A stretch of 36,656 nt of DNA from Actinomycetota bacterium (GTDB taxonomy: Bacteria > Actinomycetota > Acidimicrobiia > Acidimicrobiales > Ilumatobacteraceae), in NCBI GenBank assembly GCA_041165005.1, contig JBEAOI010000048.1, positions 1 to 36,656 of the forward strand, read 5' to 3'. Below the pieces are notes generated by a model, which worked only from the letters and a program-made list of their open reading frames with translations, was not told where the DNA came from and made no database searches. Both the position numbers and the translations under genes were made by a program. Below are positions 1 to 7,521 of the stretch, one piece after another. How positions within the stretch are numbered: the first letter of the stretch is position 1; every line of letters begins with the position of its first letter.

Positions 1-13
1 GCCTTTATTGAAA

Positions 14-40
14 AGCGACCACCTCAGTGGAAGGGTCGCT
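14..40 (-). terminator. Weak candidate intrinsic terminator after the GNAT gene
   Basis: Inverted repeat AGCGACC (14-20) / GGTCGCT (34-40) with a 13-nt loop. It overlaps the GNAT stop codon (39-41). On the minus strand it is followed by TTTCAATAAA, which is only a short U-run. Confidence 0.25.
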
Positions 41-491
41 AAAGATCGCTTGACGCAATCAGCAATCGGGCCTTCATGCCCGCGCGCTCAAATAGATTCT
101 TCGTTAACCGATCTCCTGGAAGCGCATATGCGTCAATTCTTGTGCACCCACGTGTTTTTGCATGCATTCGTAATTCGTCAATCAGCGCTGCCCCAGCACC
201 TAACTCCCGCGCTGATTCGCTGATGTACACCCGACGCACCATGGCCACCGATTCGGATAACGCCATATCGGCGAAACCACAAATTTCTCCAGAAGACTCA
301 ACAACCAAAACCAAGTGTTCAGCATCATCAAGCGTCTTTTCGAATTCGTTTCCAATGAATGGGGCTGTTGCCAACAGTTGATCACTTCCGCGAAAGCTTT
401 GCGACTCTCGAGCACACTGTTGTTCGAGTGCTGAAATGGCGGAAGCGTCGTTCAATTGCCCCCTGCGAACGACAAACAGTTTGGCGTTCAC
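39..491 (-). CDS. GNAT family N-acetyltransferase
   Basis: Minus ORF 39..551. It has GNAT-like core strands (HLVLVVESSGEICGFADM, VRRVYISESAR) and an acetyl-CoA motif-A-like ARELGAGAAL. I trimmed the start to the GTG at 491, which forms a GTGA start/stop overlap with the upstream ORF (stop 488-490). Confidence 0.8.
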   Translation of the reverse strand: MNAKLFVVRRGQLNDASAISALEQQCARESQSFRGSDQLLATAPFIGNEFEKTLDDAEHLVLVVESSGEICGFADMALSESVAMVRRVYISESARELGAGAALIDELRMHAKTRGCTRIDAYALPGDRLTKNLFERAGMKARLLIASSDL

Positions 492-883
492 TGAACAGTG
501 ATTCTGGACTGCGCAGCGGCAATCACTACCGCGCGATTGCGATGAGTGCATTCATAATCATGAATACTGCGCGCTTCAACGTCGCTGACAGATTGCAGAA
601 GTTCCACTATCTGTGTGCCGGTGAGCAAGTCATAACCATCGCAGGGTTCCGCTGTCCGTGTTACAGACAAATCGGTTGGTACTGGAGAGTGCACGACGGA
701 CACATGTTCTTCAGGACGAACACGCGGAACAGACTCTGGATAGATCGAGTCACGAACTTTTGAAACAACACCCCAGATCAAACCAGGAAGTTTCTGAACG
801 CCTATCTTGACCGTGAATTCACCAATCACACGTGCGTTGCGCACGTCTTGTTTGATGCGATCGGTTATTTGAAAAGGGGGCAT
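488..883 (-). CDS. Hypothetical protein with an N-terminal amphipathic segment and a C-terminal helix-extended-helix tail (resembles actinobacterial proteins annotated as lipid-droplet-associated, MLDS-type)
   Basis: ORF 488..946 trimmed to the ATG at 883 (MPPFQ...), which leaves a 19-nt overlap with the DUF4193 gene. The N-terminus has PPF...ARV...KLP. The C-terminus has GYDLLTGTQIVELL..S..E....DYE..HRNRAVV......RI. The family match is from memory only. No dUTPase motifs are present. Confidence 0.5.
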   Translation of the reverse strand: MPPFQITDRIKQDVRNARVIGEFTVKIGVQKLPGLIWGVVSKVRDSIYPESVPRVRPEEHVSVVHSPVPTDLSVTRTAEPCDGYDLLTGTQIVELLQSVSDVEARSIHDYECTHRNRAVVIAAAQSRITVQ

Positions 884-1335
884 GCATCGTCCTCTACAGG
901 ACAACCAGGGGCGCTGTTGCGAACCAAGAGGAAGCACTGAGTGCACTGAGTCTCGTCAGGTCGACGAGGTTGCAGGCGCTCCATGCCATCGGTCTTGTCG
1001 TCTACAACAACATCTTCTTCGTCCTCTTCAGGTGGCGAATCATCTGCAGCTGTGAGTTTTTCGCGAAGAATGGCGTCAAGGTCGGCCTCAACGTCGTCTT
1101 CAGTGCGCAAGTCATCGTCATCATCGTCATCGTCGGTAACTTTTTTGGTAATCGATTCAACGGGAATTTCGTCTGGGTCGTCAGCAATGTCAACGCCCTC
1201 ATCAACGGCAAAACCGTCATCTTCAAGACCATCAATCTCTAACGCGTCTACATCGAGTTCATCACCGTCTAACTCGGGGGCAGAAAGTATCTCGCTATCT
1301 AGATCATCTGGACCGATGACATCATCGTCTGACAT
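865..1335 (-). CDS. DUF4193 family protein (very acidic N-terminal region, C-terminal four-Cys zinc-ribbon-like motif)
   Basis: 156 aa. The long D/E-rich region includes a run of 8 Asp. The C-terminus CTQCFLLVRNSAPGCPVEDDACP is typical of actinobacterial DUF4193. AAAGGA lies upstream of the ATG at 1335. Confidence 0.8.
   Translation of the reverse strand: MSDDDVIGPDDLDSEILSAPELDGDELDVDALEIDGLEDDGFAVDEGVDIADDPDEIPVESITKKVTDDDDDDDDLRTEDDVEADLDAILREKLTAADDSPPEEDEEDVVVDDKTDGMERLQPRRPDETQCTQCFLLVRNSAPGCPVEDDACPLFK
1111..1134 (-). repeat. Imperfect GAC/GAT triplet tract encoding Asp x8 inside the DUF4193 gene
   Basis: The plus strand reads gtcatcgtcatcatcgtcatcgtc, which is 8 consecutive Asp codons on the minus strand (the DDDDDDDD run in the protein). 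Confidence 0.9.
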
Positions 1336-1417
1336 TAATTATTCCTTTCAACTGCGAACGGCGAGAGAGTACTCCATAACGGGGTCAAGTATGCGAATTT
1401 CGCTGAATTGACCTAAT

Positions 1418-3025
1418 TCACGAGTTACGGCGATTCTCGGCCTTTCGCTCTGAATCAAGACGCTCGAGCGCTGGTGCTTCAAAAGTCATATGGGTCATGG
1501 CGTCTGCGACAGCTCTGTGGCCGGCCTTTTCGGCGATCAGACGATGCATTTCGATGACAACTCGGCGATATGCGGGGTGTCCCTGTGGCGCTGAACGCAA
1601 TTCAAGGAGGTGAATAGCCTCACGGGCATTGAACTGCATGCTGTAGCGCAGCCTGTACGCCATGGAGATCGCATATGCGGCTTGTTCTGGGTAGTCCGGG
1701 CGCAGTGCCTCATACAGCGTCGCGGAACGGGTCATTGACTCCTCAAACTCTTCTGCAACACCTGCCTCGGCTACGAGTTCAGGCATCACGTACCCGTGAT
1801 CTGGGGACAACCTCTGCCATTCAATGGTGAGTAGGCGGTGTCGCTGTAAATCTCTGAACGCTCCGTAATCGCCCAGCACATCGAAGCGATAGTCAATTCT
1901 TTCAAAGGCGCGTCCTGGCTTATGACGACGATTCTCTCGGTTTCCGACGTACGCGGAGATGAGACGAACCTTTTCGTCATGACTCAATTGGGAGACCCGA
2001 TTAAGCAACTGAGATTCAGGAAGGTGTGAATGGGAATAACAAATCGCAGCAAGCAGCTTGTTCTCGCCATCAGCGTCGAAATCGATTAACTCAACTTCAT
2101 TAACTGGATCTGGTTCGAGCGCTCCAAACATGTCGTCGACGAGGAAAGCAGTTTGATCTAGATTGGTCGCAAGGTAGCTGCTCCACTTCCCTCCACGTTC
2201 TGGCAGATCAACACGTCGCAAGAAACTTGGGATCACTTTGCGCAACTCGGTGAGCATCATGTCGGCATATTGGCGCGACTCTGGAAGTGGGTGTGCACGC
2301 ATGCGCAACAGCATCGACTCGTACGCTTGACCCGTTCCGAAAATACCCACATTGGACAAAGCGCTAGAAGGCAATATTCCTCGAACAGCGTCAAGTCCTT
2401 TAGCCCGTGTTGCTTGGCGATAAACAAAATCTGAGTCATTTATTCCGCGCGGAATTGTCTTGCGAACATGCTCAGTAACCGACTGAACGAGTGAACTGTA
2501 ACTATCAAACATTCGATCCATGTCGCCGACATATCTCGTGCCATATGGACCACTCAGAATCTCAGGGTCGCGGTAATAACGGTATCTACCGCCTAAGCGC
2601 GCGTCGTAGTTGATATACCTCGTGCTTTGCTCGAGGTAACTCATCAACCTTCCCCATTCAAGGATCTTCGTCAAAATATTGGAAGCTTGTTCGCAAGCAA
2701 GGTGTACGCCACCAAGTTGAGCCACAGAGTCATCGCCATATTCGACGAATACTTTCTCGTAGAGAGCCTCCGCTTTGTCGATGCCAATCGTGGCGTCAAC
2801 ACCAATATCGCCTGTTAAGTCGAGATCGTTAACAAACTCATCAAGAAATAAACGACGCAAACTCTTTGGGCTGCGGCTGTATCGCGCAAATAACGCACCT
2901 TTGACAACTTCCGGCAAGTTGACAAGGGCAAAAACTGGAAGGTCCAGATTCGTGAAATACCTCTTGAGTATTTCGGCCTCATCATCTTGGAAAACCTCAG
3001 GAATGTAGACCGTCACGAGGGGCAA
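1418..3025 (-). CDS. thyX: FAD-dependent thymidylate synthase, long tandem-Thy1 (ThyX-like) form
   Basis: 535 aa. A ThyX signature (FRDLQRHRLLTIEWQRLS, RHR motif) sits in the C-terminal half. The N-terminal half has a degenerate counterpart (GALFARYSRSPKSLRR). The length is about twice that of canonical ThyX. TTG start at 3025 (GTG at 3016 is an alternative). Confidence 0.75.
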   Translation of the reverse strand: MPLVTVYIPEVFQDDEAEILKRYFTNLDLPVFALVNLPEVVKGALFARYSRSPKSLRRLFLDEFVNDLDLTGDIGVDATIGIDKAEALYEKVFVEYGDDSVAQLGGVHLACEQASNILTKILEWGRLMSYLEQSTRYINYDARLGGRYRYYRDPEILSGPYGTRYVGDMDRMFDSYSSLVQSVTEHVRKTIPRGINDSDFVYRQATRAKGLDAVRGILPSSALSNVGIFGTGQAYESMLLRMRAHPLPESRQYADMMLTELRKVIPSFLRRVDLPERGGKWSSYLATNLDQTAFLVDDMFGALEPDPVNEVELIDFDADGENKLLAAICYSHSHLPESQLLNRVSQLSHDEKVRLISAYVGNRENRRHKPGRAFERIDYRFDVLGDYGAFRDLQRHRLLTIEWQRLSPDHGYVMPELVAEAGVAEEFEESMTRSATLYEALRPDYPEQAAYAISMAYRLRYSMQFNAREAIHLLELRSAPQGHPAYRRVVIEMHRLIAEKAGHRAVADAMTHMTFEAPALERLDSERKAENRRNS

Positions 3026-3062
3026 TCTTAGAAGTCCTGCTCGGATTTATCGGGTATGCCTG

Positions 3063-3683
3063 TCAGGCGTACACCTGGGCGCAATCGCTCTGCACCCGGC
3101 AGGAAACATTGGTCACCATGCCCACATACTGGCCGTCGATGACCAGACGCTGCGGCTTCCCTTTCCAATGGAAAAAGTCCCCCTGGCTATAGGACAGCAG
3201 TGGATGTGGAAGGTGCGATCCGGTCTCAGCCTTTTTCCACATCATTCTGCGTTGACCCATACGCATGGCTCCCGACACCTCGAATATGTCAAGTTTTCCG
3301 TCATTCAGATGCGCACGTGGAGCAACTTCATGTTTCCTCCAATATCCGCTATTCGTCACTACAGAGATTGCTCCTCGGAAGAATCTTCGGGCGATGCTCA
3401 AGGAGGCAATGCACACATCGGAGTGTTCTATGCCCACAGCATCTGTGTAGGAAACGACAATTGCATCAATAACCACCCGCAAGCATTCCGCATTGCGCGG
3501 TCGATCTAGAACGCCGAGCACACGGGGAATATCACCAGACCTCATAAATATTGATTGATCGTGAATCTGCTTCGCGGAATGATCACGAAGAAAAACACCT
3601 AGTTCTCGATCGGACTTCAAGTACAACGGACAGTCAGGTAGCGGTGCGACTACGCCCCAAGTTGATCCAGGAGAAATAGGCAT
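3063..3683 (-). CDS. Diacylglycerol/lipid kinase family (YegS/BmrU-like) protein lacking the N-terminal GGDGT ATP-binding region
   Basis: 206 aa. PRAHLNDGKLDIFEV matches the DAGK accessory-domain (A..DG.LD) signature. The C-terminal GSHLPHP....VIDGQYVG....RVQSDCAQVY matches the G.H...DGE...p.al pattern. The protein starts at PISPGST, where family members have the P.GT.N motif. No GGDG motif is present. An in-frame stop lies 18 codons upstream (3738-3740). Confidence 0.6.
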   Translation of the reverse strand: MPISPGSTWGVVAPLPDCPLYLKSDRELGVFLRDHSAKQIHDQSIFMRSGDIPRVLGVLDRPRNAECLRVVIDAIVVSYTDAVGIEHSDVCIASLSIARRFFRGAISVVTNSGYWRKHEVAPRAHLNDGKLDIFEVSGAMRMGQRRMMWKKAETGSHLPHPLLSYSQGDFFHWKGKPQRLVIDGQYVGMVTNVSCRVQSDCAQVYA

Positions 3684-3685
3684 GG

Positions 3686-6298
3686 TTACATTTTCCCTAT
3701 CTGGCTTGATGCGGCAATCACACCCGTAAACAATGACTTAGCCGCTTCTGCGCTCGTTGACGTAGAAATAGATTGATCGTCGAGAGTGGTGAATTGTCGA
3801 AGAATATCAATGAGTTGCTTCATGGTGCGAACAAAATCGCCGGCGGTCACGTCGTCTTCGTCCAAAATGTCAAATAGCGAGGTTCCGTGAGACCAATCAA
3901 ATGCCGTTGCCATAAATCCAGGGTCTGGAGCGCGATGTGGCAATAAGCCCGCGCGGATTTCGCTTGAGGTAATTCGCCTGCTGATACCTTCAATGTCGGC
4001 CCATCTTTTTTTCAACTCGGCATTCGGGAAATGCGGTTTTGCACTTTCATCTCGTCTGCGATCTTCGTAAACGAAAACCGATGCGAGGCTTGCGAGTTCG
4101 TGTGACGTCAACCCAGTGAAAACTCCCGATGAGAGGCATTCCGCAATCAGCAGGTCTGACTCGTGGAAGATTCTTCCAAGCATCACACCTTTAGATGTAA
4201 GTGACCAATCATCTACATACCCCCATTCTTCGAGCAGCATTGTGAGGTCATCAAATTTTTTACTCACTGACTGCGCAGAATTGGATACTCGTTTTTCAAG
4301 CTGACGAAGTTCTTTGGAAATACGATCTGCAGATTCTGCTGCATTTAACTTAAACTTCGCGTCTGGGTCACGCAAGAAAGGATGATCAGGATTGCTTCGC
4401 GCTTCTCTCTTTCCACTGCGAGATAGAACTCGATCATTAACCTTGAACTTCGCAAGTTTTTGTGAAGTCTCTTTCAGAAAACGAGAGTTTGTTGGCTGAA
4501 ATGGGGTTGGCAAGTCAATATGGCCAATTGTGTAAATGATCTCGGTGACATCACGTGAGGTGACCGTCCTTACCCCTCTGTTGATCGACAGTAAGGAAAG
4601 CTTTCCTCCCGTACCACGACTTGCAGTGGAAATGACGACGAGTCGGTCACTCCCCTTTGCATCTCCAATGAGAATCACGTCGCCGGGACGAAGCCGAGCA
4701 AACTGAGCATCGATATCTAATGCAACTTTGTTCTTTTGGCTTCCCTTGCGAAAATCCTCTATGTCGCCGTACTCGCTTATTGCCTGTTCACGCAGTCGTT
4801 GTTCCTCTTTCCCACGACGGGCGATTCGGGCTTGTATCTCAACGATTTCACGACCAGATTGGAACTGCGCGAACGACAAATTCAATAAATGCCGCGCCTG
4901 AACTCGACTTGTGGTTCGAATCAAATTGGCAGCCATGTTGTACGTGGGACGAAAGGCGGAATTCAGCACAAATGAGCGGCTCGAAACTAATGCGGCGACC
5001 TGTTCAAAGGTGACAAACGGATTCCACAAGGTAAGAGCATGTCCGACAGTGTCTAATCCTCGTCTGCCTGCTCGACCAGTGAGCTGTGAGAAGTCTGATG
5101 GTTTCAGAATCTGGTGCGTTTCTCCGTTGTACTTAGTGATCTTGTCGAGAACGACAGCTCGTGCTGGCATATTGATTCCGACTGCAAGAGTTTCTGTTGC
5201 GAAAACCACCTTTACTAAGCCTTGAGCGAAACATTCCTCCACTGCTTCCTTAAAGCTCGGTACAAGACCAGCATGGTGTACGCCGATACCAGCTTCTAGC
5301 TGACGCAAGAATCGTGTGTAGTTCAGTGCCGCAAGGTCGTCATCGGTAAACGCCTCGACGTGGCTCTCCAAGATGCTGGCAATGATTTCGCGTTCTTGTT
5401 TGTTGGTGAACGAAATACCCAACTTCAAACACGAATGAGCGGCCTCGTCGCATTGATTTCTGCTGAAGATGAAATAGATCGCCGGAAGCAAGTCGTCTTC
5501 CTGCAGCTGCATTAAAACATCTGGACGATTTGGTGTGAAGAACCGACTTGGAGGGCCAGATTGCCTTCCACGAGCACCGTATGGATGTTGCTTCTTCGAG
5601 CGCGGTGCTGACGATGATTCAATCTTTGAAACTTGTTCGTTGGGTTTCCCGCCAACGATTGTGTCAAAGACACGCAACTGATTCGTGGTCTTGTCTCCGA
5701 CTACGTAATGGTTGGTGAGTTCTACTGGACGCTTACTTTCAACAATGGGTTTGGTGGGTCCGCGAACCGTCGTTAACCATTCACACAATTCATCTGCATT
5801 ACTGACCGTTGCCGACAAACACACCAACTGCACCGTTGGATCGAGGTGGATGATTACCTCTTCCCAAACAGGCCCCCGATAGGCATCTTGAAGAAAGTGA
5901 ACCTCATCTAACACGACGACACCAAGGTTGTCGACATTTGACGATCGTGCATAAATCATGTTGCGCAAAACTTCGGTGGTCATTACAACAATGGGGGCTT
6001 GAGCGTTAATGCTGTTGTCCCCCGTTAGCAATCCAACTTCGTTAGAGCCATACAGCTTCACTAACTCATGAAACTTCTGGTTCGACAAAGCTTTTATTGG
6101 CGCGGTGTAAAACGCTCGCTTGGTATGTTTTCTTGCTAAACCAATCGCATATTCGGCGACCACAGTTTTTCCAGAACCAGTTGGAGCTGCAACAAGCACA
6201 CTTTCGCCGGCGTCTATGCAGTCAAATGCCTGAATTTGAAAAGTATCAAGTTCGAATGTGTATGCACTCGTAAGCGATTTGCGATGAGGAGATGTCAC
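3686..6298 (-). CDS. helY: Ski2-like DEAD/DEAH-box RNA helicase HelY
   Basis: 870 aa. Walker A is AAPTGSGKT, the DEAH-type box is LDEVH, motif III is SAT, and there are HHAG and TGRAGRRG motifs plus a long C-terminal DSHCT-like region. It sits next to tatC as in Mycobacterium. GTG start at 6298. Confidence 0.9.
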   Translation of the reverse strand: MTSPHRKSLTSAYTFELDTFQIQAFDCIDAGESVLVAAPTGSGKTVVAEYAIGLARKHTKRAFYTAPIKALSNQKFHELVKLYGSNEVGLLTGDNSINAQAPIVVMTTEVLRNMIYARSSNVDNLGVVVLDEVHFLQDAYRGPVWEEVIIHLDPTVQLVCLSATVSNADELCEWLTTVRGPTKPIVESKRPVELTNHYVVGDKTTNQLRVFDTIVGGKPNEQVSKIESSSAPRSKKQHPYGARGRQSGPPSRFFTPNRPDVLMQLQEDDLLPAIYFIFSRNQCDEAAHSCLKLGISFTNKQEREIIASILESHVEAFTDDDLAALNYTRFLRQLEAGIGVHHAGLVPSFKEAVEECFAQGLVKVVFATETLAVGINMPARAVVLDKITKYNGETHQILKPSDFSQLTGRAGRRGLDTVGHALTLWNPFVTFEQVAALVSSRSFVLNSAFRPTYNMAANLIRTTSRVQARHLLNLSFAQFQSGREIVEIQARIARRGKEEQRLREQAISEYGDIEDFRKGSQKNKVALDIDAQFARLRPGDVILIGDAKGSDRLVVISTASRGTGGKLSLLSINRGVRTVTSRDVTEIIYTIGHIDLPTPFQPTNSRFLKETSQKLAKFKVNDRVLSRSGKREARSNPDHPFLRDPDAKFKLNAAESADRISKELRQLEKRVSNSAQSVSKKFDDLTMLLEEWGYVDDWSLTSKGVMLGRIFHESDLLIAECLSSGVFTGLTSHELASLASVFVYEDRRRDESAKPHFPNAELKKRWADIEGISRRITSSEIRAGLLPHRAPDPGFMATAFDWSHGTSLFDILDEDDVTAGDFVRTMKQLIDILRQFTTLDDQSISTSTSAEAAKSLFTGVIAASSQIGKM

Positions 6299-6304
6299 AG
6301 CGAA

Positions 6305-7096
6305 TTATTCGCCATCGGGTGAGCGCTTCTTCTTTCGCCGCTGAGCAATGAAACCAATGAGAACGGCAATGAGAAAGAGCAGTGTCATGGGGATGGCTAG
6401 CGCCAACATGGAGATCGGGTCACCGCTAGGCGTTACAACTGCTGCAATCAAAAACGTGCCCATAAAGGAATAGCGCCATTGCTTGATCAAGGTTTGTGGA
6501 GTAACCACACCGACTAGCTGCAAAAAGACAACTAGCACAGGCACAAGGAATCCCGCGCCAAACGCGAGCACCATCATGGCAACGAGGCTGATGTATTTAG
6601 AGATTTGGTAAGTCTGTTCAACGCCTGCGCCAGACCAAGCGATGAGGAATTCAAGTGCCTTGTCGAGCGTCCAATACGCAAGCCACGCGCCAGTAAGAAA
6701 GAGAATGACAGAAGTGACAATGAATGGAATTGAGTACTTCTTTTCCTGTTTATTCAAAGCAGGAACGATGAATTTCCACAACTGCCACATGATCACGGGA
6801 AGAGCGATGATCAAACCGCCGTAACCCGCAATGCGCATGCGCGCCGATAAGCCTTCAATAGGACCCAATGTGAATAGCGTTCCGTCGCAATTGAAGTCGG
6901 GACGCGTAGAACAAATATTGCGATATGGCTGTGTAAGAAATCGAAGAAACTGATCGTAGAAAACCAGAATCACAATTGAACCGGTTGCTACCGCAAGCAT
7001 CATTCGCACCAGTCGCATGCGCAGTTCGGCCAGATGGCCAAAAATGGTCATGCCGCCTGCTGGACTTGACGTCTGATTACGACGAATGCTGACCAT
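6305..7096 (-). CDS. tatC: Twin-arginine translocase subunit TatC
   Basis: 263 aa polytopic membrane protein. The N-terminus (MTIFGHLAELRMRLVR) and the six hydrophobic segments are typical of TatC. It has a TAATG one-nucleotide overlap with the upstream Tat gene. Confidence 0.95.
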   Translation of the reverse strand: MVSIRRNQTSSPAGGMTIFGHLAELRMRLVRMMLAVATGSIVILVFYDQFLRFLTQPYRNICSTRPDFNCDGTLFTLGPIEGLSARMRIAGYGGLIIALPVIMWQLWKFIVPALNKQEKKYSIPFIVTSVILFLTGAWLAYWTLDKALEFLIAWSGAGVEQTYQISKYISLVAMMVLAFGAGFLVPVLVVFLQLVGVVTPQTLIKQWRYSFMGTFLIAAVVTPSGDPISMLALAIPMTLLFLIAVLIGFIAQRRKKKRSPDGE

Positions 7097-7473
7097 TACT
7101 TGTCTGTCTCTGGGTCTGAATCAGGAAGACCAATGTCAAACGGAATGAACTTTGGCTCAACTTCAGCATCAGGTTCTTCGGTTGGCAAGTTTGGTGCGTC
7201 ATGGTCGAATTTGGTTGCATCGCGGAGCGTGCTGTTCACCTGTTGGCTGGCTGAATCGAACATGGTCTTATAGCCCTGTGCGGTTTCCTTAAGTTCACCG
7301 ATGGTGTCGCCGAAAGCACCCTTGAACTCTGATTGTGCGTCTGTGGTGATCCGTTTAAATTCACCGTAGAGCTTTCCGGCTTTCCGAATAACGCCAGGAA
7401 GTTTTTCAGGTCCCAAAATCACTAGACCCAAGATCATCAGGAAGAAGATCTCACTTCCAGAGAAATTAAACAC
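7096..7473 (-). CDS. Twin-arginine translocase TatA/TatB-family subunit (N-terminus looks TatB-like)
   Basis: 125 aa. The sequence MFNFSGSEIFFLMILGLVILGPEKLPGVIRKAG has an N-terminal TM helix, a hinge and an amphipathic helix, followed by an acidic tail. Glu8, GPEKLP and the length resemble TatB more than TatA (which has FG.KKLP and about 80 aa). Confidence 0.9.
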   Translation of the reverse strand: MFNFSGSEIFFLMILGLVILGPEKLPGVIRKAGKLYGEFKRITTDAQSEFKGAFGDTIGELKETAQGYKTMFDSASQQVNSTLRDATKFDHDAPNLPTEEPDAEVEPKFIPFDIGLPDSDPETDK

Positions 7474-7521
7474 GACATCAGTCTAAACCTTGATCCTTCT
7501 GACAGTGCGTAGCATGGCGTT

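Noticed and set aside
359-763. 134-aa plus-strand ORF across the GNAT / upstream ORF junction
   Set aside because: It has a Trp/Cys/Arg-rich, non-protein-like sequence. The opposite-strand genes show family motifs and GTGA coupling.
488-946. Possibility that this ORF is the dUTPase expected next to DUF4193
   Set aside because: None of the five dUTPase motifs is present (AG.DL, P/GRSS, G.ID.DYRG, R.AQ, RG..GFGS.G). The sequence instead shows an amphipathic head and an HeH-like tail.
1393-1403. Perfect 5-1-5 palindrome GCGAATTTCGC between the thyX stop and the DUF4193 start
   Set aside because: Arms of 5 bp are expected by chance many times in 36 kb. The loop is too tight for an RNA hairpin, and there is no supporting repeat elsewhere in the window.
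983-1411. 142-aa Ser-rich plus-strand ORF (and 970..1242) opposite the DUF4193 gene
   Set aside because: It is the mirror image of an Asp/Glu-rich low-complexity coding region, because GAC/GAA codons read antisense give Ser/Val/Phe-rich frames. The minus-strand product has a recognisable DUF4193 Cys motif and an RBS.
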